In this document: positions 23,927-38,349 of the stretch, piece by piece | Position numbering within the stretch: position 1 is the first letter of the stretch | Layout of the letters: every line of letters begins with the position of its first letter | Assembly: GCF_037042905.1 (NCBI RefSeq) | Contig: NC_087246.1 | Span: forward strand, 6,636,001 to 6,700,000 | Direction of reading: 5' to 3' | DNA: 64,000 bases | Origin: Lytechinus pictus | Lineage: Eukaryota | The notes under the pieces: generated by a model | Databases searched by the model: none | Seen by the model: only the letters and a program-made list of their open reading frames with translations | Told to the model about the DNA's origin: nothing | Program-made: the position numbers and the translations under genes

Positions 23927-25428
23927 CAGTGCGTATAAAAAAAACGGGACAGTTTTGAAAGGTCTATAAAAAATTTGTTTCAAATTATTATATCTATATT
24001 TTGATGTTAATAGATGATCTGAGATCTTATCTTTGAAATGCCATTTAAAAAAATAAATTTTGTTCATGCTTGAGCAAACACGGGAGGTTTTTGTCGGGGG
24101 TTCAAAAAGAGGCTTGCGCGGTTGCGCCAAAATGGAAGAAATTAGAAATTTGATGATTAGAATTTTGGCTAATCAGCAGACTTCCTCATAATCTTTTCGT
24201 TATCTTTGCCATAATTTTCTAATTATGCTATCAAATTTCATTTACAAATTTATTTATTTACCTGAATTATATTGTTTTTCATTATTTTAAACTTCTTTTA
24301 CCTTTGAATTTTCCTTCATAAGTAAGAAAAGAAGAATTTTTGTCAACCCAAGTAAGAAGATTTGCATTATTAATTGGGAGAATTTGTAATTATTCAAATC
24401 CTTTTATTATGTGAAACAAATTATGTTATGGTACCTATAAAAGACATGAATCCTATTTTCAAGGGGTTATTGAATCCTTCACCAAGTTTAATTATGTGCT
24501 TTACAGGACAAACAGGAAAGGATTCATGTCTTTCAATGGCAATGGTGTATTGAGTCAAGTTTGAAGGAGCTAGATATGGCAGATCGGATAAAATGTATTA
24601 AAAAGTTGTGAATTCAATTCTTTATTCCATTTCCATTCAAAACATAATACAAAATAATATAAAGTAATACAAATCAAATACAATTTTACAGACGAGCATT
24701 CTTACAGTATAATAAACAGTATAATATTGAGCATAAATGGAAATGAAGCGAGCAAGCAAAAATTTCCACTTTTTATTAAAATATCAAATTTTGTGATTTT
24801 GACATAATATTCAGAAAATGATATCATATTTCACTTTCTATGTTTTCTGTTATTTTCCTTTCCACTTTTTTTCTTGGTCATGATTTTTTATTTGGGGGGG
24901 GTAGCACCCCGAGCCCCCACCCGTCAGTATGCCACTGTTCAAAGGCACCATAACCTTTGTAGCACACAATGAAAGGATTTTTTTTTTTTTAATGCGCTCT
25001 CCCATACTTTGGTTTAAAAAAAATGTTCTTGCCTAAAGAAGGAATATTCAAAGCTAAAAGAGAACATATTAAAAAGGAACAACAACAGAACTATTCGAGC
25101 AAAAATAAGTAGATTTGGAAATGAATTTTGACCGCATAATTCGAAAATTATGTCAAAGATAATGAAAAGGTTAAGAGGAAGTCTGCTGATTAGCAAGAAG
25201 TCCAACCATCATATTTATCATTTTATGCCATTTTGGCGCAAGCCTCCTTTTTAACCCTAGACAAAAACATTCCGTGTTCGCTCAAGCATGAACGAAACAA
25301 AATTATTTTAATTGCATTTGAAGGATAAGACTCCAGAGCACGTATTGACACCAAAATATAGAGATCATGATTTGAAACAAAAATCTTATAGACTTTTCAA
25401 ATCTGTCCCATTTTTTTTATACGCACTG
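23927..25428. mobile_element. Non-autonomous Tc1/mariner-type element with long imperfect TIRs
   Basis: TA|CAGTGCGTATAAAAAAAA..GGGACAG and CTGTCCC..TTTTTTTTATACGCACTG|TA; inverted homology extends about 230 bp. Confidence 0.88.
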
Positions 25429-27141
25429 TATAGTGTGTTTGAAATGCACTAGCTTTGCTGTCATAGAGAATGATTGCCTACTATTCCGTCCAATGCTTAT
25501 TTATCAATTTTCACCCCGACCAAACTAATAATTCCCCCATGCCATCAGGTAGTATCTACAATGTCCAATATGACTGGGTTTTCTAGTATAATCTCACGCC
25601 TGCTCACAAAAGAACCATGAATAATTTATCAGTTCCCGCCATTTTATGATAGGGTTGTTGGTAGGGAAATTATGATGAACCGCTGTATTGCCTTTCATGG
25701 TTGGCTGGTTCATAAAAGTGAATGAAATGAACTAATGAAGGCCTACGCTGTACATCAATTGTACCATAATAAGAAATATGTTGGATCAATATATTGTTAT
25801 CAAAAGAATATAGATAAGCACAATACTCAGAGGTTCTCATACACTAATTCAGTTTTTTTATTGTTATGCTCCTTCAAGATAAGATTTTCAATCATGATGG
25901 GTGTTGTTTTCTGTATTTTGATATTTCATGTAATATACAAGGAATATCCAATTCCAAATAAAATAGAACCTTAAATTTAGAATATGAATGATTGAAAAAA
26001 GACACAGATATAAGGAGAGAGAGAGAGAGACAGCTGGGGAGGGAGAACAAAAGATTGCATTGACATCATTAAATTAATTTCAATCAGGTATTTTATCAGT
26101 ATTCACTAGTTACCAAAGCAGTTTTTACTTGGTCAGGTTGATCAATTTTATAATGTTATTAGTCATCAAACACCATGTATTTCCACCATGATTAAGAATA
26201 ATATCCTACTATTGGACTTTTAATGAGTAAGTTCAACACAACAACACATTATTGCAAAACATCATTATTACTGCATGACTCTTTCACAAGTGTGTAATAA
26301 TTGTAAAGTTAATGAGCAAGAGCTTGCTTTTTTTTTTTTCTCAAGTGTACAAGAGTTATTTGTGTACTTGTTTGCAGGCAAATGGAATGACGCTTACCAA
26401 TAATTTTCTTCTGTTGTTTGTGTCATTTTTGATATTGAGTAAATTTGCATTAATCCATCAGAGAATATAGCATTTGAAATCCATCTTTTTTTTTATAATG
26501 ATAGTTTTTATAGACCAATTCACACATATTTTATAATGATTGCCATGCCCATGATGTTCCAGAATGAATGAGTGATAGCTGTAAGCAAGGAATGTCTTTA
26601 CATTCTTGTTTGTGTTTTCCTATGTGATAAAGTACATGTTGATTTTGTCATGAAGTATGCCAGCTTCTACTAGAGCTGATATAGACCTCTTTTTATGAGT
26701 CTATCATTAAAAGACATGTCATAGACAGATAGTCAATTTGCTATCCATACATCACATTGTCCGATTATTTGCACATTTCATTTTGTGTTTGTCAGAGCAA
26801 GAATTCTTGAATGGAGCTGTCTGAAGTTATGACGTATTATACACTCTTTTCCCATCTGAGGTACCTTGCAGAGGAATCTTCAGAGATCGTGCTCATAATG
26901 CTCTATTCAGCCATTTAATCCAACACTTTCTTTTTCGCAACATAAATTATAATTTGAGAAAAATATGTTTGTTCTGAGTTTTGTAATTGTACATCCTGTC
27001 TATCATAATTCTACTGATTTTGCAATGTCAATCTTCATATTTCATTTACACACTTTGTTCAAAATATGTTTTACCAATTAAGGACAATAATTCTTGATGA
27101 TACTTGAAAACGTGTTTCATATTAAGCAACTTGAACTTCAC

Positions 27142-27400
27142 ATGAATGAATGAATGAGTGAGTGAGTGAGTGAGTGAGTGAGTGAGTGAGTGAGTGGGTG
27201 AGTGAGTGAATAAATGAGTGAATGATGAGTGAGTGAGTGAGTGAATGAACGAATGAATGAGTGATTGATTGAAGGATTTATTGAAGGAATGAATGAACGA
27301 ATAAGAGTGAATGAATGATTGATTGATTGAATAAATGAATGAATGAATGAATGAGTCAATCAGTGGGAGGGTGAGTGAGTGTGAACAAATGAATGAATGA
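27142..27400. repeat. (TGAG/TGAA)n microsatellite
   Basis: Seen directly in the sequence. Confidence 0.95.
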
Positions 27401-27759
27401 ATAACTTAAGACTAACATCATGACTTAAAATATAATAATGATATCAATATTTCAAACTCAAGAGGTAATATTGCTTGCATTCTTCAAATACTGTATGGCA
27501 CTACATAAATCAAAGGTGAGAAACGGAAAGTGATAAGGATCAGATTCATTTGTTCTTTTATCAACAGAGATATTAAATCAATATTAATAGCTCAAGGACC
27601 AAAAGATTGTTTGAAGTCATGCCTGTGCACATTTATTATTCCTATTCTGGGGGTCAATTAATTCAGGGTCTACTGCTAAATGAGGTTGAGTGCTTTGTTA
27701 TAAGATTTAGTAAAATGACAATTTTTTTTTCATTTTTGCTAGTATTCTATAAGACACAA

Positions 27760-28333
27760 TTCGGCGGTCATCAGAACTGTCGTATCACACATACAATGGT
27801 GCAAACTCATTTCAGAGAAAATCTACATCAAAGTTTACTATAATTTTCACACTTAGTTCCCCCCGGGAGTTCCCCAGCCTTACAACATATTCATTGCTAG
27901 AAAAATACATGGTTGCAAAGACCAAGATAATTGCTTGACATTGGTATCCCTATTTTACACAAAACAAGGATCAGAGAAAATATATCAAAGGAGCTCCATG
28001 CTTGTAATTTCGGTTTGAGCGGTTTAGATTCCCCCTGGACAAAAACGCCATAGGAGATACAACCCTGACCGCGATTTCAATGCCCGCGGTCAGTCAAAAC
28101 GTTGTTATCACTATGCTACAGTACACGTTTCCAATGGGATTTGCGCATTTTATTAAAAATTTGTATGGCATCGCCATGAAAATCACCTCATATCTCAGAA
28201 ACTAAAATAAATTGCTGCCAAAAAATTTAGTTATGAATAGTATAGGACTTGTACTTTCATTTTCTACAAAAACCTCAAAATCAATTTTTTTAAAACCAAA
28301 ATTGACTGATGCGACAGTTCGGATGAACGCCAA
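27760..28333. mobile_element. MITE with imperfect TIRs
   Basis: TTCGGCGGTCATCAGAACTGTCGTATC versus GATGCGACAGTTCGGATGAACGCCAA. Confidence 0.65.
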
Positions 28334-29065
28334 GTCGCCAACAACTTAACTTAACCTAGGTTGCATTGCTTCAGATCACAGAACTCTGCTTATTTTCTTT
28401 AAGTCTGACCTCTTATACTTCTGTAATAATTCTGACATTTAAGAATAATGACTTGCTTTGACTTAAATGACTATTCAACTTAAAAAGAGATTCGAGTCAA
28501 AAGGTTAACTTATAATTTTTTTTACATAGTTATCTTTCCACCATCCTTCCCCTATCCTTGCATTATATGATGGTGTAAGTCAGTATGATGTCTTTTAGAC
28601 TTTAACCCTCCAGTAGTCAGCTCACAAAGTAAACATCTCAAACACTGATCAGGATTTGTTTTTATCAGAGTAACATGTCCATGTCATGTTAAATCAATGT
28701 ACTAATGCTGGGGATGAAATGTTTATCGGTTTTGGTAGGTGAGAGAATAACAAATATTTACACAGTGTTTCAGTTAAGCCCACAGGCCCCCCCCCCCCTC
28801 TATCCTTCCCCTTCACACAAAGGTCTTGTTGTAAAGAAGGGGATATATATAAATATTTCTATTTCAGACTTAAGTTTAAAATAGCCCTTAATAATGCAGT
28901 GATAATGCAGTCATTTTATTTTGAAGAGTGTTTAGGTGCTGAGTGTGTTATTTTCATAGGTAGGATAAAGCACACTTTCTTTTATTTTGCAGCATACTTA
29001 GGCCTGGAAGTAATTACATTTAAGAAAGTTCTTTTTTTTTTCATTAAATAATATCAGTAAGAAAA

Positions 29066-29196
29066 GTAGTTGTAGTAGGAGTAGTAGGCCTAGTGTTAAT
29101 ATTATTAGTAGTAGTAGGTAGTTTTAGTCGTAGTAGTTGCTGTTGTAGTGAGAGTAGTAGTAGTAGTAGTAGTAGAAGTAGCAGTACTAGTAGCCA

Positions 29197-29257
<61 letters not shown>

Positions 29258-29400
29258 TGTATAGCAGTTGTAGTCATCACTGTCATTGTTGTCGTCATCA
29301 GTGCCGTTGTCATAGTAGTAGGAGTGGTGGTAGTAGTATTAGTAGTAGTAGTGGGAGTAGAAGGAGTACTTGTAGTATATAGTAGTGGCATTGGTGGTGG
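29066..29400. repeat. (GTA)n microsatellite, partly degenerate
   Basis: Seen directly; explains the poly-S and poly-L ORFs. Confidence 0.95.
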
Positions 29401-30397
29401 TAATAACATTTGCAACTGTGTATAGCTTTGATGTATAGGCCTATAACAAATCTCAAACCCTAAAAGAAAAGATACTACTCTATATAATCCTTTGTCTCAT
29501 TAAATCCTTCAAGCAAACACATGCTAACTCCTGCAAAGAAACATGTGTACTTATTACAAGGCTTCTCCAACTTATCCAAACAGAATAAATAAAAAGACAT
29601 CAAGCTCTTAAAAATAAGACAGGAATTTATATCTTGATTCCTATCAGTAAGGCAGATCATATACAGTGTCAAACACGTTGTCTTTATATATGAATAAGAG
29701 CAGTGGTCAAAGATTAACTCATCAGTGGTCATTATGGCCAAATGTCCAATCAAGAAGTAGCTCTGCATTATTGGCGGTCAGTTTCAAACTGTAAGGTTGC
29801 TCTCCATTACATTGAATCCTTGAAGAGATGGATTAAGGTCTGTTTTGTCGGTTAGCAAACAGGTTTGCAAACAAGCTCCCTTCATGGGCCCTACAGGAGC
29901 TTACTGCCCCAGCCTTTGATTATCATTCACCCATCCATCTATTCCCCCATTGACTCAGACTGCTGAGAAGTCTGACAATTGCTATTTGGTGCACTCCAAG
30001 TATTCCTTTCTTTATATTTGGATTCAAGGATGGACCAAGACTGGATGTAAACCTTCATTTTCCTTGGTTTGAGCTGGGTAAATACTTGAGAATAATTCTG
30101 TTCTTAGAGAATGGTCTGTTTTTATGCACTGTTTGCTGATTGGTTGAATAAAGCAAGGAATGTAGAGAAGCTTTTGAACTGGTTATGTGTTCTTGATTGA
30201 GCAGGAGGCTACTGAGTTGACAGAACTATATACTTAGGATTTAAACATCTTGGAAACTTGACTTTGGAGGAAGTAAAATAAGGCCATGCATGCATCCAGC
30301 AAACGATTCAAGTAAGTTTTAGTATCATAAAGTAATGGTAGATACGGGGATTCTTTGCAGCCATCTTTTTACCAGAAATATGAGTTTGAAATTTGTC

Positions 30398-30828
30398 CTG
30401 GGGGGGGGCACTCAATAAATAATGCGTAGTGGGTATGTGCCGCGGAGGGGACCCCCATTTTTACACTCAAATTTCCGTTCCAAGGGATAGCATTTTTGTC
30501 TTATTGAGAAAAAGAAGAAAGAAATCCGCTCCAAAGCTTTGCATATATTTCGTTACGCCATTCCGGCTGCATTGATGTGCTACAATGAGCTGCAGCCGCA
30601 GAGCGCTGTCCGACCATCGCCTCTGCGCTAGCGCACCCGGGGGCCGTGCTGCCCGGCTAGCTGCATGTAGTATGCCCGTTCCATAGGGATGCATATACGC
30701 ACTCACACGCTGGCGACCCGTTCCAAGGACCCCCGTTTTGACAAACATTTGTAGTTCCAAAGCCCGTTCCGAGGACCCTCCTTTTTACAATAAGCCCGCT
30801 CCAAGGCCCCCGTTTTTTTGTCTCGCCC
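30398..30828. mobile_element. GC-rich DNA-transposon-derived insertion (CC-G-run-CACTC end)
   Basis: Abrupt GC-rich block starting CCTGGGGGGGGGCACTC, with repeated CCGTTCCAAGG subterminal motifs; no second end seen. Confidence 0.5.
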
Positions 30829-32062
30829 GTGTTGGTGTTGGCATTGGTGTTGGACATCAACAAATCAATACATACATTTCTATGCAACAGGGCCCTGATA
30901 TGTTACCTTTACTGACACAATTTTGGCGGTATTGGGACTGCTGTTGCCCCCCCCCCCAAAAAAAAAAAAAAAAGAAGATAAATAAATGAATGAATAAACT
31001 AACATATAAATAAATGAATAAATGAATAAATAAATTGATTAATTAATAATTAATTAATTAAATAAACTAAATCATTTGATCATTTTATGGAACTTTCAAG
31101 ATTTTCATTTAATATCTGGAATATGTAGGGCCTACATGTGCTAAACTATTTCAAAGTAATCATTTTATTTTAGGTTTGCTCATTTGCAAAGTTTCCAAAG
31201 TAGTGGGGACTGGGACATGCTTTCACCAAAACTCTGCCTTCTCTACTTTCTTGCTTCATCATGCCAATGTATGTTACTCCTGATTACACATGTTATTGTG
31301 TGAGAAACAATATTTTTAAACTTTTTTAAAAATCATATGAAATGATGCATGGAAATAAGTTATTTTCATTTTTAAAAATTATATTGAAAGATCTTCTTTT
31401 GTTTGTACGGTAAAAGAAGTTTGAATTTATGACTTCAAATTAATGTTTACTTACTTTTGATCTTTGCTCAGAAGAGAATTGAAGCTACGTCCACATTGAT
31501 TGTATGGTCATATTACTCCAATGCATATATGTTTGCATATCCTGTAAATGATGTTTGGATTCCAGCAATACTAGCAGTGTGCTTATAATGCAGATGTCAA
31601 TAATGATAATTTGAGGTAATTATATTCCCATACATAGGTCTTTGTGTGCTTTCTGAGTTCAGTTGCTATGATTACTTTAGAAAAATGAAATCAGTCAATA
31701 TTGACCACTGATTTTAATTGGTAATTACACTCTCAGAATGGTATGGACAGTTATAAATATTTGTGTGTTGACTTCCAGGCAAAATAATATTTTACATTTA
31801 CGAACTATATGGTATGAATTACAACTGACCAATCAAAAACAAAAATTTGAGCTTAAGTGTAGAGCATGAAATGTAATGTTCAAAATTGTATTATTTTAAA
31901 TAAATTAATTGAGTATTGAAATGGTAATCTTCAATTTAAAGCTTTACACTAATAAGTATTCCGGTAAAAAATTTGAAAAAATCATATGGACAAATGATAT
32001 TTCAATACCCTTGCTAGAATTTTCCCCAGGAGTGGAAAAGTACATACATTGTGTGTAGGTGA

Positions 32063-32793
32063 CAGGGGTGGCGGAGCGAAGTTGAAAGTTGGGGGGGCAC
32101 AGGGAAAAAGTGCACTTTAAACATGGCCGTATGCAGAAATTTTTCACTGGGGGGCAGCAGGCATAAACTTTTTGGGGAAAAAATTGAAAGCGAGGGATCG
32201 AAGCGACTGAGCGTATCATTGAGGTGCTTTTGCATTTTGTTAAGTGAAATTGATGGATTTTGTGCATACTCTTGGTAAATTTTGGTGAGTTTTCATAATT
32301 GCAGGGGGGGGGGAACTGCCCCCACCTCCCCCCTGCATACGGCCATGACCTTAAAACTAAGAAAAAAATTACTTATCTACCCCACTCACATGACTCCTGA
32401 ATATTAAGGCATGTAGGATTATTTTCACAAGTTTTTTCATTCATTATGCACTTGCTGAAGGAAGCAGAACGGTGCTAAATAAAGAAACCGGGCGCTCTCG
32501 GGCACAAAAAGGGTGGTTTTTCAGGACAATTTATCTAATATGAAGAAAAGGCACCTCTGAGAAGGCAAAGGGGCACTTTTAACACATAAAACAGGTCCTT
32601 CTCAGGTGAAAGGGGCACAGAACATGTTCATGGGGGCACTTTTCTTAGGTAAAAAGGGGCACTGATATGAGATAGGGCACCTATTAGAAGGCAAGGGGAT
32701 ACTTGCTCGGACATAAAACAGGTCCTTCTCAGGTGAAAAGGGCACAGAACACGTCCGTGAGGGCCCCCCCCCCCCCCCCGATCGCCACCCCTG
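32063..32793. mobile_element. hAT-like MITE (outer element of a nest)
   Basis: TIR CAGGGGTGGCG...CGCCACCCCTG; 8-bp TSD GTAGGTGA / GAAGGTGA (7 of 8 match). Confidence 0.8.
32122..32347. mobile_element. hAT-like CATGGCC MITE nested in 32063-32793
   Basis: TIR CATGGCCGTATGCAG...CTGCATACGGCCATG; 8-bp TSD ACTTTAAA / ACCTTAAA (7 of 8 match). Confidence 0.85.
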
Positions 32794-34551
32794 GAAGGTG
32801 AGCCAAAATCTGATTACCTGGGCAATGTATTTAAAGCACTCCATGTTTTTATTTGAGCACTTTATAATATAGTATAGGCCTACATGTAATTGCTGTGCTC
32901 ATTGTCAAGCTGTATCACTTTGAAAAATCAGTTATAGTTTTTATTTAGAATATAAACAATTTTCTCTCATTGTATCATAATGTGAAATATTCTGTTACAG
33001 GACGTTTACTGCTTTAAATATTCTTATCAAATTCAAAATTACCTTGTCACACAAAGTGGCTGGGATAAATTATGAATTTGTATTTTACTATCAGGAACTG
33101 AAATTTAATACAAGTCAATAAACCTTTTTTTTTCTTTCAACTGTCTCTAGTTTATGGTTGATTTGATTTTTTTTCTTCAATAAAATGTTTTTAAACTTTG
33201 TAAATGTGTGGTTTAAACATAGAAGCTAATGTCCTCACTGGCTATTTAGCAGTGCTAGGTAGTTGGTAAACATGATTTGGATTTTCCAACAGTCAGGAAA
33301 GTCTACAAACATTGCTGATAGATCTTTTGTAATGGAGATTAGACCAAATTAGGATTACTTAAAAATATATTGAAAGAATCCTTTAAGGAAACATTAAAGG
33401 AAGACCCATCCAATATTAGGGAAGGATCATGTGCGTAATGAGATGTTTCTACTATATTACTCTCTCTCTCTCTTTCTTTTTTTCTCTCTGCTCTTATTTG
33501 CTCATTTGTATTTCTCACTTCATTTTATATTTGTTCATATTAATCATAAATGCAATATTTGTTCACAGCTTTCTACTTATGTATGACAAATCATCTTTCA
33601 GTCAAACTGTTTAGCATAGTATATTGACTGTTACTTATTTTATGTTTAGTCCATAAATCAACAAAGATTTTCCCCATTCCCTCCCCAATCCTCCCCCCCC
33701 CCTCCCCCATGCTTCTTTCTCTATTACCTATTTTTGGAACAATCTTTTTTGTGCTCCCTATAGAAGAAAATTTGTCACTTTCTCACAAATTCTTTATTCT
33801 ATATCTGTTCACTCCTCACTTTTGTTATTTATAACCATTCCCCAATTTGCCTCTCCCATAATTTTGCTATCCCCAGAAGCTATTTCTTATATGAATAGAG
33901 CCCTAATGACTTGCCACTTATCTTACACAATAGAACAGTTTCCTCAAAAGCTTATACCAGGCTTCTTTCAATAGTAGAAGGGATCAAATGACAATTTATA
34001 TTGAAGCGCTAAAAGGGATTAAATCACATACTGTTACACTAAAAAGGCTATTTGAAAAAGAATTTTGTTTACCAACATAATTCCATTGCCTTACTGTTGT
34101 ATCAGCTGTTGATTTGACTTAAATGATACAGTTTTCTTTCCATATGTGACTAATATCAACACAATTTGTACAAAAAAGAATGTTTCTGGTAGGTAAAATA
34201 TTGATATTAGTTTGTTCATTTCCTTTTTTTTCAGAGATCATATATGCTATTCATGCTTACAGTGGTGCTAGAAAGTTAGTGAACCCCACCACAAAAAAAG
34301 CTTGTTCATGCTGAGTGTCGAATGTAGACAGCACTACAATGTCTGGTGAGCCCAGAGAAACAAACTTTATTGAATTGGTGTTTACAAACCGCTTCGATCA
34401 TAAGAATCCCCGTTAAATTACGAGAACTTTTTATAGGCTAAAAATACCCATTAATTATTCCTGCATTCACACTGCCCCGACTCATACCCTTCGGGATAAG
34501 TTCCTCACTCTTTATTTTGAAATTGATCCACAGCTCCTTGAATTCCTAATA

Positions 34552-34979
34552 TGCTTTTCACACTGCACTTTTCTTTGTTAACCCCGGGAAATTGGTGGGG
34601 CTAAGGGGGGTCTTAGCCCCACCAATTTCCCGGGGTTAAGCTTAGTCCACTTTGTTTTCACACTACGTTTTAGCAAAGTGAACTAGCACGGTAAATAGTA
34701 CGGTACTATCTGGCCCTGCAAAAAAGCAGGGTTAGCCAACTTATTGCGGTGCTAAGAGATGCAGTGTGAAACGAAACAGGGCTAAGGAAAAGTGGGGCTA
34801 AGCATTAGCCAATCACAGAAGTCGAAATTGCATGTTAATTGCGTTCTGTATGGTAAAATCATCAATATTCATGAGCTTTGTGATAGTCCAGGATTAAGGC
34901 GTTAACCTCGCTCGGCTAAGCAAAAGAGAGTTTGGAGTTAAGGATAATATGGGGTTAAGGAAATGCAGTGTGAAAAGCA
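34552..34979. mobile_element. MITE related to 12820-13368
   Basis: TIR TGCTTTTCACACTGCA...TGCAGTGTGAAAAGCA, TA-flanked; shared internal GGCCCTGCAAAAAAGCAGGGTTA and TTGCGGTGCTAAGAG. Confidence 0.8.
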
Positions 34980-37301
34980 TATTAGAGTACAGATCTTAAT
35001 CCAACAGAATTAAACTGATATGACCATGAACTATATCGCCTTTCAATTTTGAGAAGTATCCTACTTCTTCTTTTGGTACATACAATCATTTAGCTCTGGC
35101 ATCAGTAAATATTAGTTTAGAAGGCATCCTGAGTGAACATAAAACATCTTGATTTGAAATGATATTTATGATATATTATATAAAGCCTGTCTAGATATAT
35201 ATCATTCAATTCTGATTCCATTTGTTTTCAATGTTAGGTGAAATCTTTTTTTTTTAGTTATATTATTTATTAGAAATTGTCATTACTTGCACAAACTTTA
35301 AAATCATAACATCTATAGCATATACATGTAATATGTCAATGTTTTGCCTGAGAGTTAAAAAAAATATATATATATCATTATATATTTTAGTGTTTGGAAA
35401 TTTTTGGAGTTAAAAGATAAGCGCACAAAAAATGCATTATGTGTTAAGGAGAGGGTTGGGAGGATAAAAGGGAGAGAGAGAGAGGGGAGAGCGAGGGTGA
35501 TAAATACTTTCATGACACTCATGTTCAGAATCACATATTGAACATCTGCACATGAAAGTTCCTTCAAGAATTCTCCCTCACTCTTGGGAAAAGAATGTGC
35601 CCAGGTAATTAATCCCTTCTTGTTTTGAAAGCGATTTACAGCGATTAAGGATTTATTTCATTCCTAGCAACCAAACTCAACCAAGTATCCCTGAATGCTA
35701 TACAAAATCCTGAATGGTTTACTTGCTACCATGGTAACCATGGAAGATAAGACTGGTAATCAAATCTCCTTCCCTTCTGTTCCATTGACCCCTAATAAAT
35801 ACAGGCAGTTGGAAGTCAATAAAATAGGAACGAGGGTCAATGCCTGTGAAATGTGCCATAAAGAGGCAGGATGTTTTGCCACAAGTCTTTTGTATTCGTG
35901 ACATGATTTAAACAATTTTTTTCTTCTTTCTTGAAAAAAAAAGTTCAGCGAAGAGTCTGGGCACCAAGATTCATACATGGAGGCCTTCATGTTTGCTGTA
36001 TTAGAAAAGGATAAAGTTTGCTTTTGATTAATTTTGTTGTATCTTGCTAATGATTTTTTAAGAAGGGGCTTAACTGAATTCACTTCTTTAGATCATATAA
36101 AATGTTTTATTAAAAAGCTTTTATATACAGGATTTAGAGTCAGAAAAAAGACACTTGAGCTCAATATTTTTATGCACAAGATTATGTTTATAGCATGCAG
36201 ACCTACTATTTCCTGTCTTTTATTTGACACTTTTGTGACTGAGTTAAATGATTTATCAAATAGGAGAAAGAAGTGGGAAGTTGGGACTTTGGAGTTGTAT
36301 GAACTAAACAGTATGTTTTGAATTTGAAGCTCAGACCAATAAAATTCCAACTTCCTATGTGATTGTAGTGGTATGTAATTACCTCTGTCAGAAGTTCCCA
36401 GCCAGCAACATGACACCCTAAAAAACAAACACAGATGATGAATATATGTATCGTTGACTAGAACATGAGAAAGTGCTGAAAATATTAAACATTTTCTTTT
36501 TCCTGAACATAGTTCAATCCTTGTCCCATTGCACCGCTTTGATCGCAAGTCCCTGGTGATCCCTTTCGTGGACCCACACATTGCAAGCTATGTCTGCCTG
36601 GATACAGTTTCCAAGGTGGAATTCAATGTTGCAGTGCTAGACTGTTCTTCATGGGCTATGGATTTGATGGAAAGAAGAATTTCATGAATAGTGATGTGCT
36701 GATATTGCGAAAGTCTTCTGAATTGCACTTGAATTATTGTGTAAAGTTACATTGATTTCCTTCTGAGAGTTGTAATCATCATCACTCTCACTTTGGTGAT
36801 GTTTGGAGGTGCTAATATGTAGACAAGATTGTGGGTAAAGAAATAACATTTGTGTGCGTACAGCATTAATTGTTATGAGGAAACGATCATGGAGTGGAGA
36901 GAAAGAGGGGAATCGAGTGGGGAAGAAAGAGAGGTGAAAAAAAATCAAATAAAATTGAAAAAAAAATGCTATATAAGACTGCTTTCTAATGCTTTGTACA
37001 GTCACAAATACCTTTATGAATACTGTACAAACGATTTCATATCATTTATTGCTATGCTATAAATATTGTTTATACAGCATTTGTAAAGGTACTTTTGACC
37101 GTAGCATTAGCTAGCTTTAACTCTTTTGTATTTATCACGCAAACTAAAAAAACATATTTATTTGTAGCAGTGTATTCATTACATTTTACTAATCATTTCT
37201 CTTTCTGTAGGAAATTATTAACCAGTAATGGGAACAAAGTAAATTTGATCTGATGAAAGATTAGAATAGAAGAGCTAAAGAACCGGGAGGAATCAAATAA
37301 G

Positions 37302-37395
37302 ATGAATACTTCAGAAGAAAGTGGAGAATGGATTGATCAAGATGGACAGAATGCCAGAAGTTTGGAATATGAAGAACAAGAGGAAACAGAAGAAG
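37302..37395 (+). CDS. Uncharacterised disordered protein, coding exon 1 (exon starts 37211)
   Basis: Acceptor ctttctgtag at 37210; AAGATG start with an upstream in-frame TGA at 37254; encodes MNTSEESGEWIDQDGQNARSLEYEEQEETEE; donor G|gtgag. Confidence 0.75.
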
Positions 37396-37578
37396 GTGAG
37401 ATAGTTCACAGAATTTAAACAAACTTTTTTTTCTGAGCTTTGATTATTAATTTTGGTCCCCCAAGGAAAAAAATGAATGCATTTTAATGTTTATGAAGCT
37501 TTATATTAACTTCTAGCGTTCTGAGCTGCTGTAGACTTGACTTCGGGATTGCCTAGTCTAGATCTGAATGTAAGTAGC

Positions 37579-38025
37579 AAAGATACTACGAGGGGAAGAT
37601 CGGACAGTACATAGAGCGTGCAATTAAACGCTCAAGAAGAGCGCCCCATAGCGTTGAGTATAAAGTAAACTTTCGCCAGCCTTCGTGTATCACCATTTTT
37701 TGTTGTGTACAAAAACATATGAGGGAAGTGGTGGAGGGGTGGAGGAATGGACGATTTATACATTTTTTTCTTTAAATTTTCTTTTCTAGAATTAGAAATG
37801 AATATATTGCATTGGTTTTGGGGTTATGAAATATGGAATTACTCCCATGCGACGCCCTTGTGCCCTCTCCCAAATCCCCTCTCTTATTTTCCCCATATGT
37901 TTTATACACAGTAGCGTGCCGATGTACAAAAGTTTACTTACTCAACGCTAGTGGGCGCCCTTCCCCATGAGCATTGAAAAATAAAAAATCGCCAAAGTGT
38001 CCGATCTTCCCCTTGTAGTTTCTTT
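37579..38025. mobile_element. Intronic MITE
   Basis: TIR AAAGATACTACGAGGGGAAGATCGGACA...TGTCCGATCTTCCCCTTGTAGTTTCTTT. Confidence 0.75.
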
Positions 38026-38349
38026 ATTAGTAGTCATTTGTTCAGAAAACGCGATAGGCCTACTTGCTCATTGCATATCACGGTACACTCCAACCAACTT
38101 TCACTCTCTCCTACAAGTAGGAGAGGACTAGGCATATTGGTTACCACACATGCTGACTGCGTGTAGGGTTTTCCAAAAAAATAACTCTTTAACATCTAGA
38201 TCAAGACTATGAATTGCCCAAATCCCTTATTTTATACAATAGGAAAGAATATTGCCATTTTCCCCTTTTAATTATGACCATTTCCAATTTAACCGCAGTT
38301 TAGTATGATGTTTTTTGTCTAATCAATCATTTGGTATTCTTAAATTCAG

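Noticed and set aside
29044..29425. Poly-Leu/Thr and poly-Ser ORFs
   Set aside because: Translations of a (GTA)n microsatellite.
35695..37062. Several 60-160-aa ORFs in the first intron of the plus-strand gene
   Set aside because: No recognisable motifs or consistent splice sites; composition looks like non-coding AT-rich DNA.
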